From an uncultured Pseudomonadales bacterium (GTDB lineage Bacteria; Pseudomonadota; Gammaproteobacteria; Pseudomonadales; JAUIET01): a stretch of 64,000 nt of DNA. The notes under the pieces were generated by a model. It ran no database searches, had not been told where the DNA came from, and saw only the letters and a program-made list of their open reading frames with translations. Where the stretch lies: contig CAZJDL010000003.1 of the NCBI GenBank assembly GCA_964544755.1, positions 6,959 through 70,958 of the forward strand, given 5' to 3'. The translations under genes were made by a program, and so were the position numbers. Below, in pieces: positions 8,552-19,634 of the stretch. Position 1 is the first letter of the stretch; every line of letters begins with the position of its first letter.

Positions 8552-11035
8552 CTAGCCTGATTCAGTTTCTTCTGGTGTATCGGCTTGCTCGGGTGAGTTT
8601 TTTTCGCGTGTCTCGGCTTTTTCGGCCACATGTGTTCTTGGCGCCTTGTGGGCGATGTCTTTGCTGTCGAAGTCGTCAACGCTAATGGCAAACCAGCGCC
8701 CTGCGGAGGCCTTGTGGATCAGCTCGGCATCGGCGCTACTGATGACCCCTTCCTTTTCCGCGCGATCGGCTAACTCATCCAGGCGTCGAAATTGCTTGGG
8801 TAAGTCCAGCGCTCGCTGCGCAAAACGAATGATCTTTTCAACGTCGATAAGATCCTGCAAGGCCTGATCCAGTTTGCCGGTGGAGCTGAACTCGCTTGCC
8901 GAGCGATACGCACCGTCGCCCAGGCTGTCGCGCAGTTCCGACGGTGCAATCATCGCATCTGTGATTTGACCCGCCAACACGTCGGAGGGCTGCTTGAGCC
9001 AGCGGCCGCAAGGTAGCAAGATAACCCGTAACAAAAATCGCAGCGGCCGCAGCGGGAAATTAGCAATAATCTCCTCGTTCGCTTGTTCGCAGCGGTATAA
9101 AAGGTCTTGCACCGCATAGTCAACCACTTGCCGTTCAGTGGCCGGCTGTTGTCTGTCTTCATAAAGCTTGAGTACGGCGCTGCTCAGATACAAATAGCTC
9201 AACAGGTCACCCAGGCGCGCCGATAGGCGCTCGCGTCGTTTTAGCTCACCGCCTAAAGCGGCCATCGATAAATCGGTAAGGAATGCGATATTTGCGCTGA
9301 ATCGCGTTAACGATTGGTAATAGCGTGCGGCCTTGCGTTGCGGCGGCGCGGTCACAAACAGTGAATGCGTTAGACCCAGCCACAGCGAACGCACGGCGTT
9401 GCTCGCAGCGAAGCCGATGTGGCGAAACAGCAAGTCGTCGAAGCGGTTCAGATTATCGTCCGCTGCGGCTTGCATCTCGTCCAGTAGTAAGGGGTGGCAG
9501 CGAATCGCGCCCTGACCGAAAATCATTAGGCCGCGCGTTAAAATGTTAGCGCCTTCTACGGTGATGGAAATGGGTATTCCCTGATAAGCGCGCGCCAGGT
9601 AATTGCTCGGTCCTAACATAATGCCTTTGCCGCCATGCACATCCATCGCGTCGTTGATAACGCTGCGGCTCATTTCGGTCACGTGATACTTGACGATGGC
9701 GGCAGGAATGGCCGGCCGCTCGCCCTGGTCGACAGCCCAGGAAGCCATTGTGCGCGCCGCGTCCATCGTGTAAGTGCGTGCCGCCATGCGCGCGATGACC
9801 TCTTGCACGCCCTCCATTTTGCCAATCGGCAAACCGAATTGGTGGCGAATGCGGGCGTAGGCGCCGGTGGTAAGGGCCGCCATTTTGGCCGCGCCGGTCG
9901 CGCCCGAGGGCAGGGAAATCGCGCGCCCCGTCGACAGGCATTCGACCAGCATCTTCCAGCCCTGACCGGCGCGCTCGATACCGCCGATGATGACATCCAG
10001 CGAGAGGAACACGTGGTCACCCTGAGTCGGCCCATTCTGGAACGGCACGTTTAGAGGAAAGTGGCGGCGCCCGATAACGACGCCCTCGGTGGCTAGCGGC
10101 ACCAGGGCGCAAGTAATGCCAAGGTCTTCCTGCTCGCCCAGAATATGGTCCGGATCTTTCAGTCGAAACGCCAGGCCAATAAGGGTGGCCACCGGAGCCA
10201 ATGTAATGTAGCGTTTGTTCCAGGTCAGGCGCATGCCGAGCTGTTCTTCACCGTCGATGGTTTCCTTGCAGATTACGCCCTCATCCAGGATCGCGCTGGC
10301 GTCGGAGCCGGCGTCGGGGCTGGTCAGGGCGAAGCAGGGAATCTCTTGGCCCGTGGCGAGTCGCGGCAAGTAGTAGTCGCGTTGCGCGTCGGTGCCGTAG
10401 CGATGCAACAATTCGGCCGGTCCCAGTGAATTAGGCACCGAAACGGTAACGCCTAGGGTCATGCTCACCGAGTTTAGTTTGACCAGAATCTGTGAATGCG
10501 CGTAGGCTGAGAATTCCTTGCCGCCGTATTTTTTTTCGATAATCAGCGCGAAAAAGCCCTGTTTTTTCAAGTAGGTCCAAAGAGCGGGGGGCAGGTCGGC
10601 ACGTGTGTGGGTGATCTCCCAATCGTTCGCCATGGCGCAAGCGGTTTCTACCGGGCCGTCTAAAAAAGCCTGTTCTTCTTCGCTCAAGCGTGCGGCCGGA
10701 ATGTGTTGCAGCTGTTGCCAGTCGGGCATGCCGCTCAACAATTGACCTTCGAAGCCTACCGTACCGGCGTCGATGGCGTCGCGCTCGGTAGCAGACAGGG
10801 CGGGTACCTTACGTTTGAACGCTTCCAGCGCCGGGCGTGACAGCCATTGCATGCGCAGCGACTGCGCATGCAAGATGCCCGTCACTGCCAGCACGAGCAG
10901 CCATTGCAACCAGCTCGACTCGCCAAAAACAGAAACAACGACAAGCACCGCCACAATAACGGCGCTGCTTTTGAGTAGCGCATAGCGGTGATAAAGCGTG
11001 AAGGATAATACGAGGAACAAGAGCAACCAGGACAT
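8552..11035 (-). CDS. fadE: acyl-CoA dehydrogenase FadE
   Basis: 827 aa from the ATG at 11035. N-terminal TM helices (MSWLLLFLVLSFTLYHRYAL), an acyl-CoA dehydrogenase core and a long FadE-type C-terminal domain. The track's start at 11062 adds 9 unsupported residues. Confidence 0.9.
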   Translation of the reverse strand: MSWLLLFLVLSFTLYHRYALLKSSAVIVAVLVVVSVFGESSWLQWLLVLAVTGILHAQSLRMQWLSRPALEAFKRKVPALSATERDAIDAGTVGFEGQLLSGMPDWQQLQHIPAARLSEEEQAFLDGPVETACAMANDWEITHTRADLPPALWTYLKKQGFFALIIEKKYGGKEFSAYAHSQILVKLNSVSMTLGVTVSVPNSLGPAELLHRYGTDAQRDYYLPRLATGQEIPCFALTSPDAGSDASAILDEGVICKETIDGEEQLGMRLTWNKRYITLAPVATLIGLAFRLKDPDHILGEQEDLGITCALVPLATEGVVIGRRHFPLNVPFQNGPTQGDHVFLSLDVIIGGIERAGQGWKMLVECLSTGRAISLPSGATGAAKMAALTTGAYARIRHQFGLPIGKMEGVQEVIARMAARTYTMDAARTMASWAVDQGERPAIPAAIVKYHVTEMSRSVINDAMDVHGGKGIMLGPSNYLARAYQGIPISITVEGANILTRGLMIFGQGAIRCHPLLLDEMQAAADDNLNRFDDLLFRHIGFAASNAVRSLWLGLTHSLFVTAPPQRKAARYYQSLTRFSANIAFLTDLSMAALGGELKRRERLSARLGDLLSYLYLSSAVLKLYEDRQQPATERQVVDYAVQDLLYRCEQANEEIIANFPLRPLRFLLRVILLPCGRWLKQPSDVLAGQITDAMIAPSELRDSLGDGAYRSASEFSSTGKLDQALQDLIDVEKIIRFAQRALDLPKQFRRLDELADRAEKEGVISSADAELIHKASAGRWFAISVDDFDSKDIAHKAPRTHVAEKAETREKNSPEQADTPEETESG

Positions 11036-11134
11036 AACGCTACTTCCAGTGAGTTGGTGCAAATACGGAGTTGTGGCAGAGTGTCAGGCTAACAGATTTG
11101 GTTTGCGCCGGCTAATTTTTCGCCCGCCCCTGCT

Positions 11135-11641
11135 TTAGATTTGGTAGCGAATAGCGCGCACAAGGTAGTGCGTTGTGCCGGCTGGCCGCTGCAGCTCAAA
11201 TTCATCGTGCACTTTTTTCCCCAACAACGCCTTCGCCAGCGGCGAATCCATGCTTAGTTTGCCGCTGCCGAGGTCGAATTCGTCGGGCCCAACAATCTGA
11301 TATTCGCTGCTCGTGCCGGCGCTATCCTCCAGTGTCACATAGGCGCCAAAGTAGACGATATTTTGATTCGCCGGTGACTGGCTGACCACCTGCATTTCGT
11401 CGAGGCGTTTGCGCAAGTAGCGTACACGGCGATCGATCTCGGCCAAGCGTCGTTTGCCGTAGATGTAGTCGCCGTTTTCCGAACGGTCACCTTGCTTGGC
11501 CGCTTCCGACACGGTGTCGGTCACCCTGGGCCGTTCTTCTTTCCACAGGTAGTGTAACTCGGCGCGCAAGGTTTGTTCGCCGGCAGGCGTGATATAGCGC
11601 GAACCGCGCGGTTGTGGCTTTCTGTAACGTCCCATACGCAC
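11135..11641 (-). CDS. greB: transcription elongation factor GreB
   Basis: ITPAGEQTLRAEL...GDRSENGDYIYGKRRLAEIDRRVRYL coiled-coil followed by a C-terminal Gre domain. A start 2 codons downstream (MGRYRK) is also possible. Confidence 0.85.
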   Translation of the reverse strand: MRMGRYRKPQPRGSRYITPAGEQTLRAELHYLWKEERPRVTDTVSEAAKQGDRSENGDYIYGKRRLAEIDRRVRYLRKRLDEMQVVSQSPANQNIVYFGAYVTLEDSAGTSSEYQIVGPDEFDLGSGKLSMDSPLAKALLGKKVHDEFELQRPAGTTHYLVRAIRYQI

Positions 11642-11753
11642 TATTCTAATTCAGCATTCTGATAAGTCACGCACATGCGGCGTACCATGGCTGGCAGACT
11701 GGCACTGCACTAGCTGCTAAAATGTTTGCAGTTTAAAAGCGAGGGTGGGTCGT

Positions 11754-12599
11754 ATGCCAAATCGAATAATTTTAGCGCTGTTGAGCGTATTGCCGTGGAT
11801 GCAGGCGACACAGGCTATTGAGTTCAAGGGTGAGCTGGTGCAAGGCGGCATCGTTATCGGCAAAGTGCAGCAAGGTCAGAGTGTAAGTTATGACGGGCAA
11901 ACACTACCGCTCAGCAGCAGTGGTCAATTTGTGCTGGGCTTCGACCGTGATTCACCGGCTACGGTGATGCTGCAAATCTCCAAGCTGGATGGCAGTAGCA
12001 GCGAGCGACAATTGAACGTTAAGCCGCGAACGTATGACATTCAGCGCATAGAAGGTATCGCGCGGAAAATCATGAGTCCCAGCAAGGAAGATCTGACGCG
12101 CATACGGGAGGAAAATTTTCTGATTGGCAAGGCGCGGAAGGTCATCTCACCGCGGGAAGACTTTTTACAAGCCTTTGTCTGGCCCCTTAATGGCCCCATT
12201 ACGGGTGTGTTTGGCAGCCAGCGTGTTTATAATGGCGTGCCGAAACGGCCGCACTATGGGGTCGACGTGGCGGCGCCGGTCGGCACTCGCGTGCGTGCGC
12301 CGGCCGCAGGCAGTATAAGGCTTGCCCACGACAATATGTTTTATTCCGGCGGTACGCTGGTGATCGATCACGGCCACGGCCTGAACTCGAGCTTTCTGCA
12401 TCTGAGTAAAATTCTGGTGCAGGTCGGCGACGAGGTAAGGCAAGGCCAGGAAGTTGCCGAGGTCGGCGCAACCGGGCGTGTCACCGGCCCACATTTGGAC
12501 TGGCGCATGAATTGGCGCAAGCAACGGGTAGACCCGCAGCAGTTAGTTGGCCCGCAACCGCCGGTCGAGCCCGAATCAACCATTGACAAGGCGCAGTGA
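11754..12599 (+). CDS. M23 family metallopeptidase (LytM-like)
   Basis: Signal peptide [43 protein letters not shown] and [15 protein letters not shown] (HxxxD / HxH) motifs. The ATG at 11754 has a GAGGGTGG RBS 6 nt upstream; the track's start at 11745 is a GTG. Confidence 0.88.
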   Translation: MPNRIILALLSVLPWMQATQAIEFKGELVQGGIVIGKVQQGQSVSYDGQTLPLSSSGQFVLGFDRDSPATVMLQISKLDGSSSERQLNVKPRTYDIQRIEGIARKIMSPSKEDLTRIREENFLIGKARKVISPREDFLQAFVWPLNGPITGVFGSQRVYNGVPKRPHYGVDVAAPVGTRVRAPAAGSIRLAHDNMFYSGGTLVIDHGHGLNSSFLHLSKILVQVGDEVRQGQEVAEVGATGRVTGPHLDWRMNWRKQRVDPQQLVGPQPPVEPESTIDKAQ

Positions 12600-12787
12600 T
12601 GATTGACAAAAAACTACTCAGCATTCTGGTATGCCCGGTGAGCAAAGCGCCACTGCGCTACGACCAGGAAAAACAGGAACTGGTCTGCAAAGCCAGCGGT
12701 CTGGCGTACCCCATCCGCGATGGCATTCCGGTCATGCTCGAAAGCGAAGCGCGCAAGCTGACTACCGATGAAAAACTGGCTAAGTAG
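12596..12787 (+). CDS. Trm112/YcaR (UPF0434) family protein
   Basis: 63 aa. [14 protein letters not shown]...LVC...[14 protein letters not shown] signature. ATGA overlap with the preceding gene. Confidence 0.85.
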   Translation: MMIDKKLLSILVCPVSKAPLRYDQEKQELVCKASGLAYPIRDGIPVMLESEARKLTTDEKLAK

Positions 12788-12805
12788 TCACAGGGAGGAG
12801 AGGCC

Positions 12806-13153
12806 ATGAGTGATACCATATTTTCTAAAATAATGGCGGGCGATATTGCGGCCGATATTATCTACGAAGACAAGCACTGCATTGCGATCCATGATATTCA
12901 CCCACAGGCGCCAGTGCACGTACTGGTAATTTCGCGCAAGGTGATTCCACGCCTGGTGGAAGCTGGGGCTGAGGATCAGGCTTTGCTCGGCCACCTGCTG
13001 CTAGTGGTCGCCAAGGTTGCCCAACAATTGGGGATTGCCGACGCGTTTCGCACTACGATCAATAACGGCCCCGGCGCCGGGCAAACGGTGTTTCACTTGC
13101 ACGTCCATGTGTTAGGTGGCGCTACGTTTGCAGAAGGGCGCCTGGTGCCCTGA
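12806..13153 (+). CDS. HIT (histidine triad) family nucleotide hydrolase
   Basis: 115 aa. N-terminal IFSKIMAGDI and the histidine triad HLHVHVLGG. Confidence 0.9.
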   Translation: MSDTIFSKIMAGDIAADIIYEDKHCIAIHDIHPQAPVHVLVISRKVIPRLVEAGAEDQALLGHLLLVVAKVAQQLGIADAFRTTINNGPGAGQTVFHLHVHVLGGATFAEGRLVP

Positions 13154-13192
13154 CAATATACTTCTCTCAACACTCTCCGTTCCACAAAGCCT

Positions 13193-15793
13193 ATGAAAAG
13201 CGCCGATCTACGCGAAGCTTTTTTTACCTACTTTGAGCGCAAAGGCCATACGCGCGTGGTCAGCAGTTCACTCGTGCCTAACAACGACCCGACGCTGCTG
13301 TTCACCAACGCCGGTATGGTGCAGTTTAAGGAAGTGTTTCTCGGCAAAGAGCATAGCGACTTTGTGCGAGCCGTGTCGTCGCAGCGCTGCGTGCGCGCCG
13401 GGGGCAAGCATAACGACCTGGAAAATGTCGGCTATACCGCGCGTCATCACACCTTCTTTGAGATGCTCGGCAACTTCAGTTTTGGTGACTATTTTAAACG
13501 CGAGGCCATCCAGCTAGCGTGGCAGTTTCTCACCGTTGAAATGCAACTACCGGCCGAGAAGCTGTGGGTAACCATTTATGAAGACGACCAGGAAGCCGAA
13601 GATATCTGGCTGAAGGAAATCCAGATCGACGTGCGCCGCTTTACACGTCTGGGTGCGGATTCCAACTTCTGGTCCATGGGCGATACTGGCCCCTGCGGAC
13701 CTTGCAGCGAAATTTTTTACGACCACGGCGATGTCGTGCCCGGCGGGCCGCCCGGCAGTGCGGACGAAGACGGCGACCGTTACGTCGAAATCTGGAACCT
13801 TGTGTTTATGCAGTTCGACCGCGACGCCAGCGGTGTGATGCGGCCGCTGCCCAGGCCCTCGGTAGATACCGGTATGGGCCTGGAGCGGATCGCTGCCGTT
13901 ATGCAAAATGTGCACAGCAATTACGACATTGATTTGTTTCAAAGCTTGCTGCGTGCCGCCGCTACAGCGACTGGCAGTGACGACACGAGTAACGCTTCCT
14001 TAAAAGTCATTGCCGATCATATTCGCTCCTGTGCGTTTCTGGTCGCCGACGGCGTCGTACCGGGCAATGAAGGCAGAGGCTATGTATTACGGCGCATCAT
14101 CCGTCGTGCGATACGTCATGGTCATAAGCTTGGCGCGCAGCAAGCGTTTTTTCATAAGCTGGTGCAACCACTCGCCGCCGAAATGGGCGCAGCGTATCCC
14201 GAGTTAATCGCCGGGCAGTGGCAGATCGAAAAAATACTGTTAAACGAAGAGGAACAGTTTGCAAAAACACTGGAACACGGCATGCACATTCTGGAGCAAG
14301 ACCTGGCGCAGCTAAGGGGCACGGAAATTTCTGGCGCTACGGCGTTTAAACTTTACGACACCTACGGTTTTCCACTCGACCTAACGGCTGATATTGCGCG
14401 CGAACGTGATTTGACGGTCGATATGGCGGGCTTTGAAAGCTGTATGCAAGAGCAGCGTGAACGCGCTCGCTCTGCCGGCAGCTTTGCGGTGGACTATGGG
14501 CAGGCGCTGAGTCTGGAAGGCGAGACCGAGTTTATCGGTTATGAACGCTTGCACCAAAGCGCTACCGTTGTCGCACTGTTTAAAGATGGCCAGGCGGTTG
14601 CCGAATTAAGCGCGGACGAGGACGGGCAGCTAGTGCTCGATCGCACGCCGTTCTACGCTGAGTCCGGTGGTCAGGTAGGCGATACTGGCTATCTCAGTGC
14701 TGGTGATGCCAAGTTTGAAGTGTGCAATACGCGCAAGCAACAAGCGCACCATGTGCATCACGGCAAAGTGCTGAGTGGCAGTATAAAAGTGGGCGACACG
14801 CTGACGGCAACGGTTGATGCTGCGCTGCGGCAGGCCACCGCATTGAGTCATTCCGCCACGCATTTACTGCACGCGGCGCTACGTGCCGTGTTGGGCGAGC
14901 ACGTTAGTCAAAAGGGTTCGTTGGTGAACGCAGATCATTTGCGCTTTGATTTTGCCCATTTTGAGGCCGTGACGGCTGAGCAGCTTGAAGAAATTGAAAA
15001 TCGGGTTAACGCCGAGATCCGTCGCAACACAGAGGTCGCCACGGAATTAATGGCGGTTGACGATGCGCTGGCCAAGGGCGCGATGGCCTTGTTTGGCGAA
15101 AAGTACGGCGACCAGGTGCGGGTATTGAGCATGGGTGAGGGATTCTCGGTAGAACTCTGCGGCGGTACGCACGTGCAGCGTACGGGCGATATCGGCTTGC
15201 TGTATATTGTGGCAGAATCGGGGGTCGCCGCCGGCGTGCGCCGTATTGAAGCGTTGACCGGTGCGGCGGCGCTGCGGCATCTACGTGGCGTGGAAACGGT
15301 GCTAAACGATGTTGGCCAACTGCTGAAAGCCAACCGTGACAGTGTGACCGGTAAGCTGCAGCAACTGCTGCAAACACAAAAACAGGCTGCCAAAGAACTT
15401 AACCGGTTGAAGACCAAGCTCGCGAGTAATACAGGCGCTGATTTGTTGGCGCAGGCGCAAGATGTTAATGGGGTGCGGGTATTGGCTGCCACGGTAGAAG
15501 GGGTAGATGCGAAAGTATTGCGCACCACAATGGACCAGCTCAAAGACAAGTTAAAAAGCGGCGTGGTGGTGCTCGGTTCCGCACATAACGGTAAGGTGGC
15601 GCTGGTCGCCGGGGTCACGCCTGATCTGAGCGATAGATTATCCGCTGGCCAACTGATGCAAAGCCTTGCCGTGCAAGTCGGCGGCAAGGGCGGCGGGCGT
15701 GCTGATATGGCGCAAGGTGGTGGGAGCGACAGTGCGGCATTGCCTGCAGCTCTGGCCACCGTACCCGACTGGGTAGCTGCCAAACTGGTTTGA
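13193..15793 (+). CDS. alaS: alanine--tRNA ligase
   Basis: 866 aa. [26 protein letters not shown] and [15 protein letters not shown] class-II core. Editing-domain HSATHLLH motif and a C-terminal DHHA1-type domain. Confidence 0.97.
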   Translation: MKSADLREAFFTYFERKGHTRVVSSSLVPNNDPTLLFTNAGMVQFKEVFLGKEHSDFVRAVSSQRCVRAGGKHNDLENVGYTARHHTFFEMLGNFSFGDYFKREAIQLAWQFLTVEMQLPAEKLWVTIYEDDQEAEDIWLKEIQIDVRRFTRLGADSNFWSMGDTGPCGPCSEIFYDHGDVVPGGPPGSADEDGDRYVEIWNLVFMQFDRDASGVMRPLPRPSVDTGMGLERIAAVMQNVHSNYDIDLFQSLLRAAATATGSDDTSNASLKVIADHIRSCAFLVADGVVPGNEGRGYVLRRIIRRAIRHGHKLGAQQAFFHKLVQPLAAEMGAAYPELIAGQWQIEKILLNEEEQFAKTLEHGMHILEQDLAQLRGTEISGATAFKLYDTYGFPLDLTADIARERDLTVDMAGFESCMQEQRERARSAGSFAVDYGQALSLEGETEFIGYERLHQSATVVALFKDGQAVAELSADEDGQLVLDRTPFYAESGGQVGDTGYLSAGDAKFEVCNTRKQQAHHVHHGKVLSGSIKVGDTLTATVDAALRQATALSHSATHLLHAALRAVLGEHVSQKGSLVNADHLRFDFAHFEAVTAEQLEEIENRVNAEIRRNTEVATELMAVDDALAKGAMALFGEKYGDQVRVLSMGEGFSVELCGGTHVQRTGDIGLLYIVAESGVAAGVRRIEALTGAAALRHLRGVETVLNDVGQLLKANRDSVTGKLQQLLQTQKQAAKELNRLKTKLASNTGADLLAQAQDVNGVRVLAATVEGVDAKVLRTTMDQLKDKLKSGVVVLGSAHNGKVALVAGVTPDLSDRLSAGQLMQSLAVQVGGKGGGRADMAQGGGSDSAALPAALATVPDWVAAKLV

Positions 15794-15984
15794 TATAACT
15801 TTACTTGGGCCTAATTTAGGCATATAGCGTTTATTTTAGGTCTAAAGTGCCTTAATACGTTTTCATGTTTGTCGTTTTGGTGTTTAATTACCGGGCGCTC
15901 TGAATGCGGCTTTGCCACGATGAAGGAAGCGCTAATATGTGATTGCAAAGCAAAATGGAGTGCCGTGCTGTACACGTTGATTGC

Positions 15985-17211
15985 ATGAGTTTAATCGTTC
16001 AAAAATACGGCGGCACCTCAGTAGGCAGCGTCGAACGCATAGAAGCGGTTGCCGACAAAATCTGCCAGTTTCGCGCTGCCGGGCATGACCTTGTAGTGGT
16101 CGTGTCGGCCATGAGCGGCGAGACGGATCGCCTGCTGCAGCTAGCGCATCATCTGCAGCTGCAGCCCACAGCCAGGGAGCTGGACGTGTTATTGGCAACG
16201 GGAGAGCAGGTGACAACGGCGTTACTGTGTATGGCCTTGCACGGACGTGATTGTAAAGCGAAATCTTACAACGGTAGTCAAGTACGAATACTGACTGACA
16301 GCGCCCACACCAAGGCGCGCATAAGGAGTATTGATGGCCAACATATCAGGGAAGATATTGCCGCCGGCAACGTGGTTGTGGTCGCCGGTTTTCAGGGAGT
16401 GGACGAGCGCAATAATATTACTACGCTGGGTCGCGGCGGGTCGGATACCTCTGCGGTAGCGATTGCGGCAGCATTGAAGGCCGCAGAGTGCCAGATTTAT
16501 ACTGATGTAGACGGCGTGTACACCACAGACCCGCGTATGGTCGATTCAGCGCGCCGGCTGGATAAAATCACCTTTGAGGAAATGCTGGAATTGGCCGGCC
16601 TGGGAGCCAAGGTATTGCAGATTCGCGCCGTAGAGTTTGCCGGCAAATATAACGTGCCCCTGCGTGTGCTATCGAGTTTTACTGATGGCCCGGGTACTTT
16701 GATTACAATAGAGGACGACGACTCGGTGGAAGCACCCGTAATTTCAGGTATCGCATTCAATCGCGATGAAGCCAAGGTAACCGTCATCGGTGTACCCGAC
16801 ACGCCAGGTGTTGCCTCGCGTATATTGGGTCCGATCAGCGCGGCCAATATCGAAGTCGACGTTATCGTACAAAACGTGGCTGAGGACAAATCTACGGATT
16901 TGACCTTCAGCGTCCACCGTAATGATATCCAAAAAGCAGCCGAAATCGTTGAGCGGATAGCCGGCAAATTGAATGCTAGGCGGGTTACGCTTGATGATAA
17001 GATAGCCAAGGTATCGCTGGTTGGCGTTGGCATGCGTTCACATGCCGGCATTGCCAGCAAGATGTTTTCGGCCCTGGCTGATTTATCCATTAACATACAA
17101 ATGATTACGACATCGGAGATAAAGATCTCCGTTGTAATAGAGGAAAAGTACCTGGAATTGGCGGTTCGAGGCTTACATGCGGCGTTTGACCTCGATCAAC
17201 CCGTTGCTTGA
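15985..17211 (+). CDS. lysC: aspartate kinase
   Basis: MSLIVQKYGGTSVG kinase N-terminus, GGSDT motif and two C-terminal ACT domains. The ATG at 15985 is preferred over the track's 15943. Confidence 0.93.
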   Translation: MSLIVQKYGGTSVGSVERIEAVADKICQFRAAGHDLVVVVSAMSGETDRLLQLAHHLQLQPTARELDVLLATGEQVTTALLCMALHGRDCKAKSYNGSQVRILTDSAHTKARIRSIDGQHIREDIAAGNVVVVAGFQGVDERNNITTLGRGGSDTSAVAIAAALKAAECQIYTDVDGVYTTDPRMVDSARRLDKITFEEMLELAGLGAKVLQIRAVEFAGKYNVPLRVLSSFTDGPGTLITIEDDDSVEAPVISGIAFNRDEAKVTVIGVPDTPGVASRILGPISAANIEVDVIVQNVAEDKSTDLTFSVHRNDIQKAAEIVERIAGKLNARRVTLDDKIAKVSLVGVGMRSHAGIASKMFSALADLSINIQMITTSEIKISVVIEEKYLELAVRGLHAAFDLDQPVA

Positions 17212-17408
17212 CCCGAGCTTGGCACGTGTTGGCAGGCGCCTGGTAACCTGTCAACGTGATGGAGTCGCGGAACTATCCGTGAACAGTTTATCTCTAAAGA
17301 AGAGTAAACAAACGATGGGTCGACAGCTTGACTATTGGGTCGACCAATAAACAACCGGATTTTTGCGATTTATGGGATAATAATGAAAGATGTTTTGGAG
17401 ACGCGTAT

Positions 17409-17597
17409 ATGCTTATTTTGACACGCCGTATCGGTGAAAGCCTCATGGTGGGCGATGATGTGACTGTTACCGTATTGGGCGTAAAAGGAAACCAGGTTCG
17501 GTTGGGCGTTAATGCGCCGAAAGAAATTCCCGTGCATCGCGAGGAAATCTACCTCAGGATACAGAAGGAAAAAGCAGAAAAAGCGACTAATTCATAA
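17409..17597 (+). CDS. csrA: carbon storage regulator CsrA/RsmA
   Basis: [48 protein letters not shown] is near-identical to canonical CsrA. The track ORF start at 17328 is an upstream extension. Confidence 0.95.
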   Translation: MLILTRRIGESLMVGDDVTVTVLGVKGNQVRLGVNAPKEIPVHREEIYLRIQKEKAEKATNS

Positions 17598-17603
17598 CCC
17601 TTG

Positions 17604-17632
17604 TTGAACTTTTCTCATCACTAAAATATGGT
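17604..17632 (+). promoter_or_regulatory. candidate sigma-70 promoter for the tRNA-Ser/tRNA-Arg genes
   Basis: TTGAAC (17604-17609), a 17-nt spacer, TATGGT (17627-17632), then a GC-rich discriminator (cgcgcgc) as in stringently controlled tRNA promoters. Confidence 0.4.
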
Positions 17633-17649
17633 ATTATCGCGCGCTATCC

Positions 17650-17741
17650 GGAGAGGTGGCCGAGTGGTCGAAGGCGCTCCCCTGCTAAGGGAGTATGGGC
17701 TTTAACTCCCATCGAGGGTTCGAATCCCTCCTTCTCCGCCA
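17650..17741 (+). tRNA. tRNA-Ser (anticodon GCU)
   Basis: Hand-folded cloverleaf. Acceptor GGAGAGG/CTTCTCC, anticodon stem ctccc/gggag with loop CUGCUAA, a long variable arm, T-arm gaggg-ttcgaat-ccctc, and encoded CCA. Confidence 0.93.
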
Positions 17742-17752
17742 AACTCAAAAAG

Positions 17753-17774
17753 AGTCCCGTATGGGGCTTTTTTT
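17753..17774 (+). terminator. rho-independent terminator after tRNA-Ser
   Basis: agtccc-gtat-ggggct hairpin (one G-U pair) followed by tttttt. Confidence 0.6.
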
Positions 17775-17920
17775 GGTTTCGAGCAGCATGGATGAAGACT
17801 TCAGCCATAGTCTAAAGCCAGAGGAGCTCAGGGCTAAAATTACCGTACGATTGCCAAGCAGTCGCTGCCATTGTCGTTATTGACTTAACCACGACTGTTC
17901 AATATAGTACGCGGCCTTAA

Positions 17921-17997
17921 GCGCCCGTAGCTCAGTTGGATAGAGTGTCTGGCTACGAACCAGAAGGTCGGGAGTTCGAATCTCTCCGGGCGCGCCA
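17921..17997 (+). tRNA. tRNA-Arg (anticodon ACG)
   Basis: Hand-folded cloverleaf. Acceptor GCGCCCG/CGGGCGC, D-arm gctc-agttggata-gagt, anticodon stem tctgg/ccaga with loop CUACGAA, T-arm gggag-ttcgaat-ctctc, and encoded CCA. Confidence 0.95.
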
Positions 17998-18000
17998 TAT

Positions 18001-18025
18001 AAAAACCGGTCTGCTGCCGGTTTTT
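18001..18025 (+). terminator. rho-independent terminator after tRNA-Arg
   Basis: aaaaaccgg-tctgctg-ccggttttt: a perfect stem with flanking A and T tracts (bidirectional type). Confidence 0.7.
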
Positions 18026-18296
18026 ATATGCGGTGCTCGAAGAACTTGCCCTCCGAATTCCAGTTCGACTAACCCGACGCCCAACTCTACAATCAACAAG
18101 ACTCGGCTATTTGGCGAAGCGTTGCCAGCCGCTGCGTATCTGTTTCAAATTGCTTCTGTTGCCGTTAAACCTGATGTAGTGCTCTGTAATAAACAAACTG
18201 CACATTCATTACAGCACACTAGAAACCGGAATTGGATTCTGCTTGCCGCTGGCGGCGGCATTTTTGTCAATGCTGCGACTCGCTTATTGCTGCGAT

Positions 18297-19322
18297 TTAT
18301 GCCTGGTCGGCGCGATGAAGCTTGTCTGTTTCATTGCTGGACGCTGAAACCTTGGCTTGTATGTTGAACACGGTTGTATGCTTGGGTGCAATCAAGTTGT
18401 CACTGAGTTTCTTGGTGTGGTCGTAGAAGGGTGGATAGATTCTGGCGATCAGCTCGACGCCAACGCGCAGCGAATTCCACGCAACAAACCACCAGCAAAA
18501 CAAATGCCCATAACAGCGTGCGCGTTGCGCTGCACTTTTAGCATGTTTGCCAATAGCGCGCCAATCATCCCGAAACAGCAACAAACGGCTTAACTCGGTT
18601 TTGTGGTTGTGCGCTGTAATATGGTGTGCGGTACGCTGGCTGGGCAGTATAGAACGCACATAGCGTTGCTTGTGCTCCCGGTTCATAAACAGCGGCTCGG
18701 CTATTTTCTCGTAGGGACCAATGAGGGCTAATTCCGCCAGCAGCGCACGATCGCAGCCATGGTAATTGCCCCACAGCAGATTGGTTTTCAGCAGTGCGGA
18801 GAGTCGGATCAGGCCGAACAAGTCGGTGCAAACATGCGGCTGCAACACCAGCGACGAAAACCGCGCCGACTGCCGCGCCGCGCCGGCATGGGTCAGGCCG
18901 GAATCATAGATCGTAAGTTCTTTGCCGCGTTCGTCGATAATACTGACCAAAGATTGGCACAGCACGGCGTGCGGGTTGTCATCTAATGCAGCAACACAGG
19001 TCTCGAGAAAGTTGGGTGCAAACTCATCGTCGTGCGCCGCCCATTTGAAATACTCGCCCGACGCCATCGCTACCCCGTAACTGAAGTTTAAATTGGGGCC
19101 GATGTTTTCGGTGTGGTGGTGATAGTGAATACGCTCGTCGTCGCGCGCGTAGGCGCGGGAGATATCTTCGGTGGCGTCAGTTGAGGCATTGTCACAAATT
19201 AACAGTTCGAAATCTGTAAAGGTTTGGTCTAGGATGGAGTTTATGGCGCGGCGGAGATAGTGCTCACCGTTAAACACAGGCAGAACGATGGACACCCTCG
19301 GGCATTTTTTGTCAGTGTTCAA
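18297..19322 (-). CDS. family 2 glycosyltransferase
   Basis: VSIVLPVFNGEHYLRRAINSILDQTFTDFELLICDNASTD, the GT-A N-terminal signature, plus the AAHDDEF acidic motif. Confidence 0.9.
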   Translation of the reverse strand: MNTDKKCPRVSIVLPVFNGEHYLRRAINSILDQTFTDFELLICDNASTDATEDISRAYARDDERIHYHHHTENIGPNLNFSYGVAMASGEYFKWAAHDDEFAPNFLETCVAALDDNPHAVLCQSLVSIIDERGKELTIYDSGLTHAGAARQSARFSSLVLQPHVCTDLFGLIRLSALLKTNLLWGNYHGCDRALLAELALIGPYEKIAEPLFMNREHKQRYVRSILPSQRTAHHITAHNHKTELSRLLLFRDDWRAIGKHAKSAAQRARCYGHLFCWWFVAWNSLRVGVELIARIYPPFYDHTKKLSDNLIAPKHTTVFNIQAKVSASSNETDKLHRADQA

Positions 19323-19634
19323 AGGTCGCTCTTGCAGCTAGTTATAGTTTATATATGCCACCCCCAGGAGCCAGCCTGGCAGCATTACTGGCAATAATGC
19401 TCAGGAATTGTGCAATACTCGCATAAACGCCTGTGCGCCACAAGGCTGTTTTTTTGAGCTCCAAGTTAACTATGCTGTGTTGTTTGGCGGCTTCGGGATA
19501 CGCACGGTTCTGTTTGTGCGACCGTCAAGTCGACAGCCTTGATCGCCATCGCAAAAGCGCGTGTCGTATCCATATTTTGGCTCAGGAATATTCGAAAAAA
19601 AATAATGCCATGAGTATTTTCCGGTCGCTACGCA

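Noticed and set aside
14935-15783. 282-aa ORF on the minus strand inside alaS (and similar ORFs at 13547-13942 and 15006-15377)
   Set aside because: It lies entirely antisense to a confidently identified alaS. Its composition is Ala/Ser/Pro/Arg-rich and low-complexity, typical of shadow ORFs in high-GC DNA.
15794-15984. Possible lysine (L-box) riboswitch in the lysC leader
   Set aside because: I could not find the conserved L-box core elements or a convincing multi-helix junction, only two weak AT-rich hairpins. A real scan (Infernal/Rfam RF00168) would be needed to settle it.
17695-18367. ORFs 17695-17883 and 17936-18367 on the plus strand
   Set aside because: They start inside tRNA-Ser and tRNA-Arg respectively and run through terminators and non-coding DNA, so they are not credible genes.
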